Shown here in pieces: positions 10,636 through 20,526 of a stretch of DNA of 64,000 bases (position 1 is its first letter; every line of letters begins with the position of its first letter). The stretch covers positions 256,001 to 320,000 of the forward strand of contig CBDDDG010000021.1 in the NCBI GenBank assembly GCA_965226555.1. Direction: 5' to 3'. This DNA comes from Salinispira sp. (GTDB lineage Bacteria > Spirochaetota > Spirochaetia > DSM-27196 > Salinispiraceae). A program made the position numbers and the translations under genes. The notes under the pieces were generated by a model. It did not search any database and was not told the origin of the DNA. It was given only the letters and a program-made list of their open reading frames with translations.

Positions 10636-11612
10636 GAGGGCTGCCGGACAATTCCCGCGTAGGCGGGATCCACGGGGGTTGAATGCACAATGTCGGTGAG
10701 TATCTCTCCTGCCGATGCCCGGGGATCGCGGCATGCTACTCTGTGCGCCATTGCGGGAATAATGATCTCCTTTACGGTGTCGAGGTCAACATAGTCCTGC
10801 CCCCGAACACGCGCGAGCGCCCGGACAAGGCGCGAGAGTTTAACTCCTGTCCGGGGACTTGCCCCGAGCTCCAGAAGCGGATGCTCCCTGCTTGCTCTCA
10901 CAATGCTGATAATATATGCCAGAACATCGGGATGCAGGGGAAGAGTATCTACCGCCTCCATCCATGAGAGAATTTCCCGCTCGGTAACAACAGGCTGCAG
11001 CTTCTCCCATGAATTTGCTGAACCGTGCTGCCGGACAAGGCTGCATTCATCGTCAAAATTCGGGTAGCCCAGAGATATCTGTATCATAAAACGGTCGAGC
11101 TGCGGCGCCGGCAGCGGAAAAAGATGGCTCCCCTTGAGGTTCATAGTGGCAATGAGAAAGAAGAGCTTCGGGAGCGAGTAGGTTTGTCCCTCAATGCTCA
11201 CATATCCCTCTTCCATGGCCTGAAAAAAACTCCCCTGAGTTTTGGGAGTGAGGAGGTTTATTTCATCGCAGAGAACAAAGTGAGAAAAAATAGGTCCCTT
11301 ATTGAAAACCATGTCATAATCGGCGCCCAGCAGCCGTGTGAATCCGAGAATGTCCTGCGGCAGCAGGTCGACCGTGCACTGAATACGGCTGAACCACGAT
11401 ATTTCCACTCCCTCAATAGTCCGGTTTTCATCCGGCCAGCGGATGCTCCCTGCGAGCGCCCGCGCAAGGGAGGTCTTGCCCACGCCGTGAGTATCGGCAA
11501 GCATAACATGCCCCCCCGCGATCATGGCTGCAATAATATACTCAAGATTCCTTCGTTCAACATATATAATTGATGCGATGTTTGAGATAAGCCGGTCAAT
11601 GTCGTTCTTCAT
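10632..11612 (-). CDS. MoxR-family AAA+ ATPase
   Basis: HGVGKT, RIQCTVDLLP, DEIN, LDRF, GASPR. Confidence 0.9.
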   Translation of the reverse strand: MKNDIDRLISNIASIIYVERRNLEYIIAAMIAGGHVMLADTHGVGKTSLARALAGSIRWPDENRTIEGVEISWFSRIQCTVDLLPQDILGFTRLLGADYDMVFNKGPIFSHFVLCDEINLLTPKTQGSFFQAMEEGYVSIEGQTYSLPKLFFLIATMNLKGSHLFPLPAPQLDRFMIQISLGYPNFDDECSLVRQHGSANSWEKLQPVVTEREILSWMEAVDTLPLHPDVLAYIISIVRASREHPLLELGASPRTGVKLSRLVRALARVRGQDYVDLDTVKEIIIPAMAHRVACRDPRASAGEILTDIVHSTPVDPAYAGIVRQPS

Positions 11613-11618
11613 GGTGAT

Positions 11619-11647
11619 ATTATATATGAAATTTTTGCCTGAGGCAA
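11619..11647 (-). promoter_or_regulatory. Sigma70-like promoter of the moxR operon, probably leaderless; -35 lies inside a 27-bp palindromic unit
   Basis: TTGCCT-17-TATAAT-6 nt-ATG. Confidence 0.55.
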
Positions 11648-11654
11648 AGCTTTG

Positions 11655-11818
11655 TTGTGGATAAACTCTGTGTTGATGCTCAGCATGCTCCCGGGAACAA
11701 TGCTCCGCGCGAGGTCTTTGTTGAAGTAGGAGTATATGAAATCATGGAATATCTGAGGATTTTCAAAAGCATATTTCCAGCTTTGATCGTGCAGCATGCC
11801 TATATATTTTTCGCTCAT
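11655..11818 (-). pseudogene. Rpn N-terminal fragment ending at a palindromic unit
   Basis: HDQSWKYAFENP...NTEFI resembles an Rpn N-terminus; stops at the 11628-11654 hairpin. Confidence 0.6.
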
Positions 11819-11986
11819 ACCATATAAACGGGGTATGCGCGCATGGTGGATGATGTAATGAGAAAATTTTGCAGAAGTTTTGCAGTTTGCGCCTGCGCAA
11901 GTCCTGTACGTTTTACCTCCTCAGGATTTTCCTGCCGGCTGCATGGCGAACCGAATGCCCGGGCGAGCAACGCGGAGCGGCAATAA

Positions 11987-12199
11987 TTAATGCGATCCGT
12001 TTCGCAATGTGCGCATTTCCTCATCGCTCAGCCCGGTAATTCTCTGAACAGCCTCTGTCGACAAGCCTTCCAAAAACATACTGCGGGCCGTTTCTCGAAT
12101 GCCTTCTTCACGACCTGTTCGCAGTCCTGTCTGCAATCCTTCCTGCCGACCCATTTCCGCAATGCGCGCTCTGAATGTTTCCGCATTCATTCTGAACAT
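11987..12199 (-). CDS. Intact RpnS-like small protein (70 aa)
   Basis: AAGGAGGT RBS plus ATG retained downstream of the insertion. Confidence 0.6.
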   Translation of the reverse strand: MFRMNAETFRARIAEMGRQEGLQTGLRTGREEGIRETARSMFLEGLSTEAVQRITGLSDEEMRTLRNGSH

Positions 12200-12239
12200 T
12201 TTTGCTACCTCCTTACCTCTCGGTTCTTTTGTTCTTTCT

Positions 12240-12366
12240 GAAACTTTTGCATTGGAAAATTGTGCAAGCACAATTTTCCAGTAGCAAAAGTTTCAAATTT
12301 GGAATGCTTTCTTTGTGCTTGGCATTCTCCAATTTTATAGAAAGTTTTGCCTCTGGCAAAACTTTG
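12240..12366 (+). mobile_element. 127-bp palindromic MITE-like element inside Rpn
   Basis: Absent from the paralog; flanks TTTCT/CTTCT. Confidence 0.85.
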
Positions 12367-12930
12367 CTTCTAACTGGTTCATTAACGTATCTAAATCTAT
12401 AACAATTCCGAACATCGAATCTACCACGCCGATAAATTCCTTTATCAGCTCCAGCGATTCCTCATTCAGCATTTCTGCTATCGCGTTCTCCACCTTCCGA
12501 ATGTCCCAATCCGTATTCAGCAGATTTTTCGAGTATAGATCAAGGTACATAACAGCCGCAAACATTCTTCCCCGCTGCTGCAACTGCTCCGCAGAATAAT
12601 CGTTCTCACTTATCAGATCGTAGGGAAAGGGGGCAAGATACTGCGGGAATTCCCGCGTGTTCCGCTCTCTGACGTTCCCGGGCACCTTCCATTTTCTCGT
12701 GCCATTATAGAACACAATGGGCAGAAATATCAATTCGCAGTCATCGGGAATTGCTCTGGAGCGATGAATGTTCCGATAGAGCAGGTTTGTGTACTCCGAC
12801 ATGCGGAGGGGCATGTCTTTGTCCATGCGCCTCCGACAAAGCGTTGCAGAAATTGGAGCATTATTGCGGGTTGGAACAGCAGGGAGCGGTAGCCTTGGTC
12901 ATAGGGAACGGGGGCGGGTTTTTCTATGAA

Positions 12931-13716
12931 TTAAAATGTCTGCGGTTCAAAGTCTTCGGCGTTGATAATGGAGGCGCTGGAACCCGTGGCTTTAATGGCA
13001 AAGAGCTTCTTTTTTTGAGCGTATTTATCGGCCGATCCAACAACATTTATGTAGGCAACACCCCCGTAAATAATATCGTTTTGAAAGCGGGGCATGGCTG
13101 TTCGAAATAGTTTCATGCTCTTGAGAAAATGATCCACATCTTCTACCCTGAGAGTGGTTTTGACTTCAATTACCACCGTTTCATTGCCGTTGCAGGCAAT
13201 AAGATCAAACTCGGCAAGCGGTTTTCCCGGAACTTCTATATATTCTCTTCTAACCAAAGTTTTGTCTACGGTAATTCCTCTCCTCTTGAGCAACCTTACC
13301 AAGTCGCCCTCCACGAGGCTCTCTATGAGCTTGCCCCACTGGGAGGTAAAGAGTTCATCGAGCTTTTTTAGCCTGCGGTCGGTTTCCTTCTCTCGACGCC
13401 GAGACTCCAGTCGGGACTCTTCCATTCGGCGGTCGGTTTCCTTCATTCGACGGTCGGTTTCCTTCATTTGGCGGTCGGTTTCCTTCATTTGGCGGTCGGT
13501 TTCCTTCATTTGGCGGTCGGTTTCCTTCATTTGGAGGTCAATTTCCTTCCCTCGACGCTCAGCCTCCTTCTCTCGACGCTGAGACTCCAGTCGGGACTCT
13601 TCCATTCGACGGTCAATTTCCTTCCCTCGACGCTCAGCCTCAATTCGAGACTCCTTTTGGGACTTTGCCGTTTCTGCCATCATGTCTTTAATTTCTTGTA
13701 CGGTTAGTTCTGCCAT
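12931..13716 (-). CDS. Coiled-coil heptad-repeat protein with C-terminal PD-(D/E)XK domain (DUF3782-like)
   Basis: (QMKETDR)n from 21-bp tandem repeats; EFDLIA...VIEVK; RBS AGGAG. Confidence 0.75.
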   Translation of the reverse strand: MAELTVQEIKDMMAETAKSQKESRIEAERRGKEIDRRMEESRLESQRREKEAERRGKEIDLQMKETDRQMKETDRQMKETDRQMKETDRRMKETDRRMEESRLESRRREKETDRRLKKLDELFTSQWGKLIESLVEGDLVRLLKRRGITVDKTLVRREYIEVPGKPLAEFDLIACNGNETVVIEVKTTLRVEDVDHFLKSMKLFRTAMPRFQNDIIYGGVAYINVVGSADKYAQKKKLFAIKATGSSASIINAEDFEPQTF

Positions 13717-13928
13717 TGTCTGTCTCCTCTCATGTATAATAGCCTTTTCCGGTACTGAAATCAACTGGCAGACATTCTGCCGAAAACCCTGCCAAAGCCT
13801 CCGACCAGCCCCCGTCTCAGCAACAGACGCATGGCGAGCCGGATGCCCGGGCGAGCAGCGCAGTAGCCAAAGCCGCCGACCAGCCGGCGCGCTCACTCAT
13901 GTACCGCGCCGGCATCTACAGCATGCAG

Positions 13929-15337
13929 TTATGGAATAGTAATCGTATTAGACGATTCCGACCACTCACTATTACCCGCCGCGTTAATAGCGCGTATACC
14001 TATTTTGTATGTGTCGCCTGAGGTATTACCGGGTTGATATGCGCTAAAGGACTGACTGGGGAGGGGATAACTAGATACTATCCAGTCTCCATCATTTATG
14101 CTATATCGCAGTTGATACGCGGTAATGGCACTGCCTCCGTTGTCGGTCGGCAGTGTCCATGTAATATCAAATGCTCCTTGAATACCCGCAGTTAATGTAA
14201 GTATTGGAGGGTCGGGTTTGTTGGGAACAAGGTCAGCAGGAGTTACCGAGGCAGCAGGAGTCGACTTCAGCCACGCGCCATCGCCCGCAGTGTTCTGTGC
14301 GCGAACCCATACTTCCACATTATACGCGGTGCCGTTTGCCAGCGCGGTACTGTCTTTCAATGCCGTAATGCGGTAGCTTGTATTACTTGTATCAGTAGTG
14401 GTTTCGGTCTGCCAGTCGCCCTCTACCAGAGCTGCTGCGGATACGCGATATTGCAGGTCATACCCGGTAATGGCGCTGCCGCCGTTGTTAGTCGGCGCTG
14501 TCCATGCGGCTGTAATAGATTGGTGCACTGGTACGAGCGTCAGGCCGGTTGGAACGGCAGGAGGCCCAATAGGGGTTGCGGTGCCAGTCGCTGGGTTACC
14601 ATTGCCCTGACCATTGACAGCGTAGACCCGCACCTCGTACGCGGTGCCGTTTGTCAGGCCCGTGATGGTATGGCTGGTGTTTGTGTCAGGGGAAATCGGC
14701 ATTGTCCATGTTCCGCCGACTTCGCGATGGTGTAGTTTATACCCCGTGATATCAGGATAGTCTCCCGCCTCAGGCGCAGCCCATGTTGCGGTAATTTGCA
14801 TATTTCCCGCTGTGAGCGTAAACGCAGTCGGTTCCGTGGGAACGCCGCCAATAGGTATTGCTTCCATGCTCGATTCCGACCATTCGCCTGCGCCCGCGCT
14901 GTTCCGTGCGCGCACCTGCGCGACGTAGGGGGTGCCGTTTGTCAGCCCCCCAATGGCGGCGCTTACGGCTGGCGCGTCGGCTGTAGTAATATCCTCCGAC
15001 CAGCTGCTCCCGTCGTCCGCGCTATGGCGAAGTTCATACGCGGTAATGTCGCTGCCGCCGGTTTTTTCCGGCGGAGTCCAGTTAACCCTTAGTTGACTAT
15101 TCCCCGCTACAAGGCTTGGAGCAGCCATGGTGCCCGGCAGCATTGGATCGGGTTCCGGGGTTGGTTCGGGTTCCGGCATTGGTTCAGTCATTGGATCGGT
15201 GTCAGGGCTTGGTTCCGGCATTGGACATCCGGCAAGTAATGCGATGAGAACCACGCTCATTATAATCAATACAGAGGACGTCCCCCCCCCCCCCCCCCCC
15301 ATAACTTTCGTAGTGGATTAAAAAGATTAAACATCAT
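13929..15337 (-). CDS. FN3-repeat lipoprotein (4 FN3); RBS-linked start is out of frame at a G19 tract
   Basis: AAGGAG then ATG 15337; poly-G at 15282-15300; LLAGC lipobox. Confidence 0.75.
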
Positions 15338-15525
15338 TTTAATACTCCTTTCTATAAAAAATATTTGTCGGACAAGGTCCGCTTATGTTTCATTGCAGAT
15401 ACGCGCTGAAACCTTATACAAAGGTTATCACAAAGTATCGGAAATATCAACTGTCTACATGAATTTTATGGCAATTCCGCCCACTATCGGCGCTCGTAGG
15501 CAGCGGCCCACTGCGGGCAATGAAA

Positions 15526-17427
15526 TTAATACCATGATGGATAATTCGGTTGCTTCCCAGGAGTAATGTCATCCGTATCCACATCCAAGCCGGAACTCCC
15601 AAACATAGAATGTTTATATCCGATATATGTGCCATCATCCCATTTACCACCACCATCAGTAGTCTTCCATGTAACAGGGGGATTAACCGAGTTATTCCAT
15701 GCCCACTCTTCAAGATCTTGATTGAATGCGCTCGCTCCCTCGAACATGGAGGACATATCCTCTACTGAACTGACGTTCCAGCCGGAGATGTCGGCATTGA
15801 ATGCTGTTGCCGCATTGAACATATAGTTCATATCCTCTACCTTACTGACATCCCAGTCGGAGATATCGGCGGTGAATGTTGCCGCTCCATCGAACATTGA
15901 TGCCATATCCTCTACCGAACTGACATTCCAGTTGGAAATGTCGGCATTGAATGTGCGCGCCTCATTGAACATATAGTTCATATCCGCTACCTTACTGACA
16001 TTCCAGTTGGAAATATCGCCATTGAATGCTGTTGCTCCCTCGAACATCGATTCCATATTCTCTACCGAACTGACGTTCCAGCTTGAGATAGCGCGATTGA
16101 ATGCAGTTGCTTCAACGAACATGTAGGACATATCCTTTACCGCTCCCGTATTCCAGTTGGAAATATCGACATTGAATGCTTCTGCTCTATAGAACATATG
16201 GTTCATATCTTCTACCGAACTGACATCCCATGCAGAGATATTGCTATTGAATGCGATTGCAGAGAGGAACATGTTGGACATATCCTTTACCGCTCTCGTG
16301 TCCCATGCGGAGATATCGCCATTGAATGATCTTGCAGCAAAGAACATTTGGGACATATTCGTTACCGCTGTAGTATTCCAGAGCGAAATGTCGCCATTGA
16401 ATGCCTCCTCATCCTCGAAAACCTCGGACATATCGGTTACTGCTGCGGTAATTATGTAGTTGAGATCGGCAGTTCTGCTCCAGTTTCCGAAGTGCCCTAT
16501 TGCCTCAGTTACCGCTGTTTTCAGCTCGGTCTTCGTTTGCGGATTCAGGGTAACATAGAAAAATTCGGCAAAGATGATGTCGCCGCTTTCGTTTTCTCCG
16601 TATACCAGATATGTTCCTGCCGTTGTATCTGCGGCAACCGTAATAATTCCGGTGATCGGGTCAATTGTCGGAATGCTGACCCCTGTAGGCGGCGGATTCA
16701 GTGGTGGCGGAGGGGTGACCGTTGTTTCTCCCGATGTTTCATTGACTATGATGGTGCCCGATTCCACGGTGATTACAGAAATGCGTGGATTCTCATTGGC
16801 GATGATGCTACTCACATCAACCGAAAGATGTACAGAGGCTGCCGTACCCGCGGGGGTCCGTGTCGCAAAAACCAGCGGCTGCGCTGTGGCGGATGATGAC
16901 CATTCGCCATTGCCCTGCGCGTTTACGGCGCGCGCCTGTACGCGGTAGCTGTTGCCGTTTGCGAGTCCGGTTATGGTGTGGTCTGTGGCTGGCGCGGCGA
17001 CTTCGGCTGGCGCGGCGACTTCGGCTGGCGCTGCGGCATCGGCTGGCGCGGCGACTTCGGCTGGCGCGGCGACTTCGGCTGGCGCGGCGACTTCAATAAT
17101 TTTCCAGTTGGTGCCGCCGTCCCCGCTATAGCGAAGGTGATACGCGGTAATTGCGCTGCCGCCGTTATCTTCCGGCGCAGTCCATGCCGCAAATAGCCGC
17201 CCAGTGCCCGCATAAAGGGTTGGAGGAGCCATGGTACCCGGCGGGCTTGGTTCGGGCAGCTGAGCGGGTTCTGGCAGCGGCGCAGGTTCGGGCAGCGGTA
17301 CGGGTTCGGGCAATGGCGCGGGTTCGGGCAGTGGTACGGGTTCGGGCAGCGGACATCCGGCAAACACTGTAATAACTATTGAGCAGAATAGGAAAAGGGC
17401 TCCCTTCCGCATACATGTAACAAGCAT
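15526..17427 (-). CDS. Surface lipoprotein, FN3 plus ~10 DUF285/BspA-like repeats
   Basis: VFAGC lipobox; PEPxPL and AEVAAP repeats; FNxDISxWNVSSVEDM repeats. Confidence 0.85.
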   Translation of the reverse strand: MLVTCMRKGALFLFCSIVITVFAGCPLPEPVPLPEPAPLPEPVPLPEPAPLPEPAQLPEPSPPGTMAPPTLYAGTGRLFAAWTAPEDNGGSAITAYHLRYSGDGGTNWKIIEVAAPAEVAAPAEVAAPADAAAPAEVAAPAEVAAPATDHTITGLANGNSYRVQARAVNAQGNGEWSSSATAQPLVFATRTPAGTAASVHLSVDVSSIIANENPRISVITVESGTIIVNETSGETTVTPPPPLNPPPTGVSIPTIDPITGIITVAADTTAGTYLVYGENESGDIIFAEFFYVTLNPQTKTELKTAVTEAIGHFGNWSRTADLNYIITAAVTDMSEVFEDEEAFNGDISLWNTTAVTNMSQMFFAARSFNGDISAWDTRAVKDMSNMFLSAIAFNSNISAWDVSSVEDMNHMFYRAEAFNVDISNWNTGAVKDMSYMFVEATAFNRAISSWNVSSVENMESMFEGATAFNGDISNWNVSKVADMNYMFNEARTFNADISNWNVSSVEDMASMFDGAATFTADISDWDVSKVEDMNYMFNAATAFNADISGWNVSSVEDMSSMFEGASAFNQDLEEWAWNNSVNPPVTWKTTDGGGKWDDGTYIGYKHSMFGSSGLDVDTDDITPGKQPNYPSWY

Positions 17428-17626
17428 ATTTTAGTTCCTTGGGCTGACATTACAAAGTTTTGCTCCTGAAAATTGTGCTCCGCACAATTTTCAGGAGGGT
17501 TCTATTATCTCAGAAAATTGTGCTTAGCATTCTCCTATAGTAGTAGTTTATCTCATAAAATTCCGAATTTCTATAGTGGGGCTGTGTCATAAGCAGCGCG
17601 CACGCGTATGGCAGGGCAGATAATGC

Positions 17627-17655
17627 TTGCAACGCAGGAAAAATAAGCGTATAAT
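17627..17655 (+). promoter_or_regulatory. Sigma70-like acs promoter
   Basis: TTGCAA-17-TATAAT. Confidence 0.6.
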
Positions 17656-17670
17656 GCGTAAACACTGGAG

Positions 17671-17795
17671 GAAACTTTTGCATTGGAAAATTGCGCAAGC
17701 ACAATTTCCAATGCAAAAGTTTCCGATCTGGAATGCTTTCTTTGTGCTTAGCATTCTCCTATTTTATAGAAAGTTTTGCATTTTGCAAAACTTTC
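17671..17795 (+). mobile_element. 125-bp palindromic element in the acs leader
   Basis: Perfect TGGAG duplication at 17666-17670 and 17796-17800. Confidence 0.85.
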
Positions 17796-17806
17796 TGGAG
17801 GTTTGT

Positions 17807-19732
17807 ATGCTTTATAAGGTTCCTGAACGCGTCCGGCAGGGCGCATCAACAGATATATATGATCTTGACCGATATCGGGAAAGGTATTTTCAGGTAATGA
17901 ACAATCCGAATGCTTTCTGGCTTGAGCATACCCGCGAACATATCCACTGGCGAGAGAAGCCGACAATAAGTTTGGCGGGAAGTTTTTCCGAGATTCATGA
18001 GGCGCCGCTTTCCTGGTTTGGAGACGGGAAGCTGAATGTAAGCGAGAGCTGCCTTGACCGTCATGTACAGACTCAGCCGGACAAGGCTGCCATTATCTGG
18101 GAAGGCGATGAACCGCAGGATCAGCGTACCCTTACCTACCGTGAACTGCACAGTGAGGTCTGTAAGGCGGCGAATGCGCTTATTGATCTGGGAATCCGCC
18201 GGGGCGAACGGGTTATTATTTACATGGGCATGGTTCCCGAAACAGCCATCGCAATGCTGGCCTGCGCCCGTGTCGGGGCAGTGCATTCGGTTGTGTTCGG
18301 AGGATTTTCCGCTGAATCGCTCCGCGACCGCATTAGAGACTGCAGCGCCGATATCATCATTACCCAAGACGAGGGAATGCGCGGCGGTAAGAAGATTCCG
18401 CTCAAGGCAACAGTAGACAAGGCCTGCGAGGGTTCGGGGAGCATAAAAAAGGTGCTTGTGTACCGGCGTACCGGCGCCGATATCCCGTGGAACAGCGGCA
18501 GGGATGTCTGGTGGCACGATTCGGTGAAAAATGATAATCATGAAGCAGAGATTGTTGATGCCGAGCATCCGCTGTTCATTCTGTATACATCGGGATCGAC
18601 CGGACGCCCTAAGGGGTTGGTGCATACCTGCGGCGGCTACATTACCTATACCGCATACACGCATGCGGCAGTTTTCGATCTGCGTCCTGATGATGTATAT
18701 GCCTGTGTTGCCGATGTCGGCTGGATTACCGGACATTCCTACATTGTCTACGGACCATTGGCAAACGGCGCAACAACATTCATGTTTGAATCGACCCCGA
18801 TCTATCCCGATGCCGGACGCTACTGGGACATGGTTGAACGTCACGGCATTACTATTTTCTATACCGCTCCAACGGCAATCCGCGCCCTTGTTGCTCAGGG
18901 CGATGAATTTGTGAAGCGCTATGACCGTTCGAGCCTGAGGGTTTTGGGAACAGTTGGCGAGCCGATTAATCCTGAGGCCTGGGACTGGTACTATGAGGTA
19001 GTTGGAGAGGGACGCTGTAACATTGTTGATACCTGGTGGCAGACCGAAACCGGCGGTATCGCCATAAGCCCCATTGCTCCAGCCACCCCCACAAAGCCCG
19101 GGTCGGCAACGCTGCCCCTGCCCGGAATTATGCCCTCTCTCCGCGATCAGCATGGAAAAATCATTCATGGTCCCGGACAGGGTCTGCTCTGCATCGACTA
19201 CCCCTGGCCCGGGCAGGCCCGGACAGTCTGGGGGGATCATGAGCGCTTTATTTCCACCTATTTCAGCCACATTCCCGGGCTCTATTTCACCGGCGATGGA
19301 TGCCGGCGCGATGAGGACGGCTATTACTGGATTACCGGCCGTGTGGATGATGTTATCAACGTGAGCGGTCACCGTATGGGTACTGCCGAATTTGAAGCGG
19401 CGCTCACAACAGTGGACAGCGTTGCCGAGGCGGCTGTTGTCGGCTATCCCCACCCGGTGAAGGGGCAGGGCGTATATGCCTACATTGTCGCCCAAAGCGG
19501 GGAGAGCATTGCCAACGATGATCTTCGCGCTGCCTGCCGTGAACAGATCGGAGCGCATGCCGTTATCGATGGCTTTCAGGTTGTGCCGGGCCTGCCGAAA
19601 ACCCGTTCGGGAAAGGTTATGCGGAGAATTCTGCGTAAAATTGCTGAGGGCAGGGGAGATGAGCTGGGCGATGTCTCGACCCTTGCCGATCCTTCAGTGG
19701 TCGAAATTATTCTTCGTGATTTCACGGGCTGA
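17807..19732 (+). CDS. acs: Acetyl-CoA synthetase
   Basis: YTSGSTGRPKG, DTWWQTETG, PKTRSGK; GGAGG RBS before ATG 17807. Confidence 0.95.
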   Translation: MLYKVPERVRQGASTDIYDLDRYRERYFQVMNNPNAFWLEHTREHIHWREKPTISLAGSFSEIHEAPLSWFGDGKLNVSESCLDRHVQTQPDKAAIIWEGDEPQDQRTLTYRELHSEVCKAANALIDLGIRRGERVIIYMGMVPETAIAMLACARVGAVHSVVFGGFSAESLRDRIRDCSADIIITQDEGMRGGKKIPLKATVDKACEGSGSIKKVLVYRRTGADIPWNSGRDVWWHDSVKNDNHEAEIVDAEHPLFILYTSGSTGRPKGLVHTCGGYITYTAYTHAAVFDLRPDDVYACVADVGWITGHSYIVYGPLANGATTFMFESTPIYPDAGRYWDMVERHGITIFYTAPTAIRALVAQGDEFVKRYDRSSLRVLGTVGEPINPEAWDWYYEVVGEGRCNIVDTWWQTETGGIAISPIAPATPTKPGSATLPLPGIMPSLRDQHGKIIHGPGQGLLCIDYPWPGQARTVWGDHERFISTYFSHIPGLYFTGDGCRRDEDGYYWITGRVDDVINVSGHRMGTAEFEAALTTVDSVAEAAVVGYPHPVKGQGVYAYIVAQSGESIANDDLRAACREQIGAHAVIDGFQVVPGLPKTRSGKVMRRILRKIAEGRGDELGDVSTLADPSVVEIILRDFTG

Positions 19733-19734
19733 CA

Positions 19735-20526
19735 TCAGCCTGAAGAATATGGCGGAGCGATAACGAGCGTAATGCCGGATTCCTGTATGGATTCCCGATA
19801 ACTGCTGTCCAGAGCGTCATCGCATATCAACATGCTCACCTTTTCAATACCGCTTATGGCGAAGTTTGAAATGACGCCGATTTTGCTGTGGTCGGCAACA
19901 AGAATGACATCGCCCCGTGTCTGGCTTATCATTTTCCTGCCCACATCGGCCTCAAATTCGTTCGGACTTGTTAATCCCGATTGCATGTTAAAGCCGTCCA
20001 CACCGAGCAGGGTCTTGGTTGGGTATATGTTGTCGATCTGGGAAATTACCCCGGGCCCGACAATGGCAAGGCTCTCGGGGCGGATGTGCCCTCCGAGGAT
20101 GTTCAGGTTTGCTTGATACTCCGGAAGCGATTGGAGAATGCCGCCGTTATTTGTGAAAATGGTAATGTCTTCATGGATGAGCATTTCCATGGCGATGAGC
20201 ATGGTGCTCCCTGAATTGATGCAGATGAGGTCGCCGCTTTCCACATAATTAATGAGAACCTGCGCAAGGCGTTTTTTAATTTCCAGATTATGCTGATATT
20301 TTTGCGTGAATGCTTTTTCATGACGCAGGCGGCTGAGCGATACTGCTCCGCCGTGCACCCGCTCAAGTATTCCCCGCGATTCAAGGGTATCGAGATCCCT
20401 CCGGATGGTAATTTCAGCGACCCCGAATGTTTCACTCAGTTCATGTACCCGAACATGGCCGCTCTCCTGGAGCAGTTCCAGAATTTTCGATTGTCGTGAT
20501 ATGGGGACATCCCACGCGCTGCTCAT
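19735..20526 (-). CDS. DeoR/GlpR transcriptional regulator
   Basis: TIRRDL...RVHGGA HTH; NSGST; ADHSK. Confidence 0.92.
   Translation of the reverse strand: MSSAWDVPISRQSKILELLQESGHVRVHELSETFGVAEITIRRDLDTLESRGILERVHGGAVSLSRLRHEKAFTQKYQHNLEIKKRLAQVLINYVESGDLICINSGSTMLIAMEMLIHEDITIFTNNGGILQSLPEYQANLNILGGHIRPESLAIVGPGVISQIDNIYPTKTLLGVDGFNMQSGLTSPNEFEADVGRKMISQTRGDVILVADHSKIGVISNFAISGIEKVSMLICDDALDSSYRESIQESGITLVIAPPYSSG

Larger units (their letters stand above)
11987..12930 (-). pseudogene. Rpn pseudogene, close paralog of 4605..5681: start codon lost, 160-bp deletion of the catalytic core, palindromic element inserted
   Basis: Direct comparison with 4605-5681; deletion joins two TGGAC microhomologies; insertion at 12240-12366. 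Confidence 0.85.

Noticed and set aside
13800..13890. GC-rich repeat as an integron attC site
   Set aside because: No RYYYAAC...GTTRRRY boxes recognised and no integrase in the window.
15720..16450. Regular 75-bp repeats resembling a CRISPR array
   Set aside because: They are in-frame DUF285 coding repeats; no unique spacers and no cas genes.
17627..17806. N-terminal extension of Acs in the ORF track (also 11987..12271, 54013..54774, 50865..51668)
   Set aside because: Read-through of the palindromic element or promoter (recurring AQFSNAKV/RKFC-type peptides), not real coding sequence.
17846..19558. 570-aa minus-strand ORF
   Set aside because: Antisense shadow of acs; no motifs.
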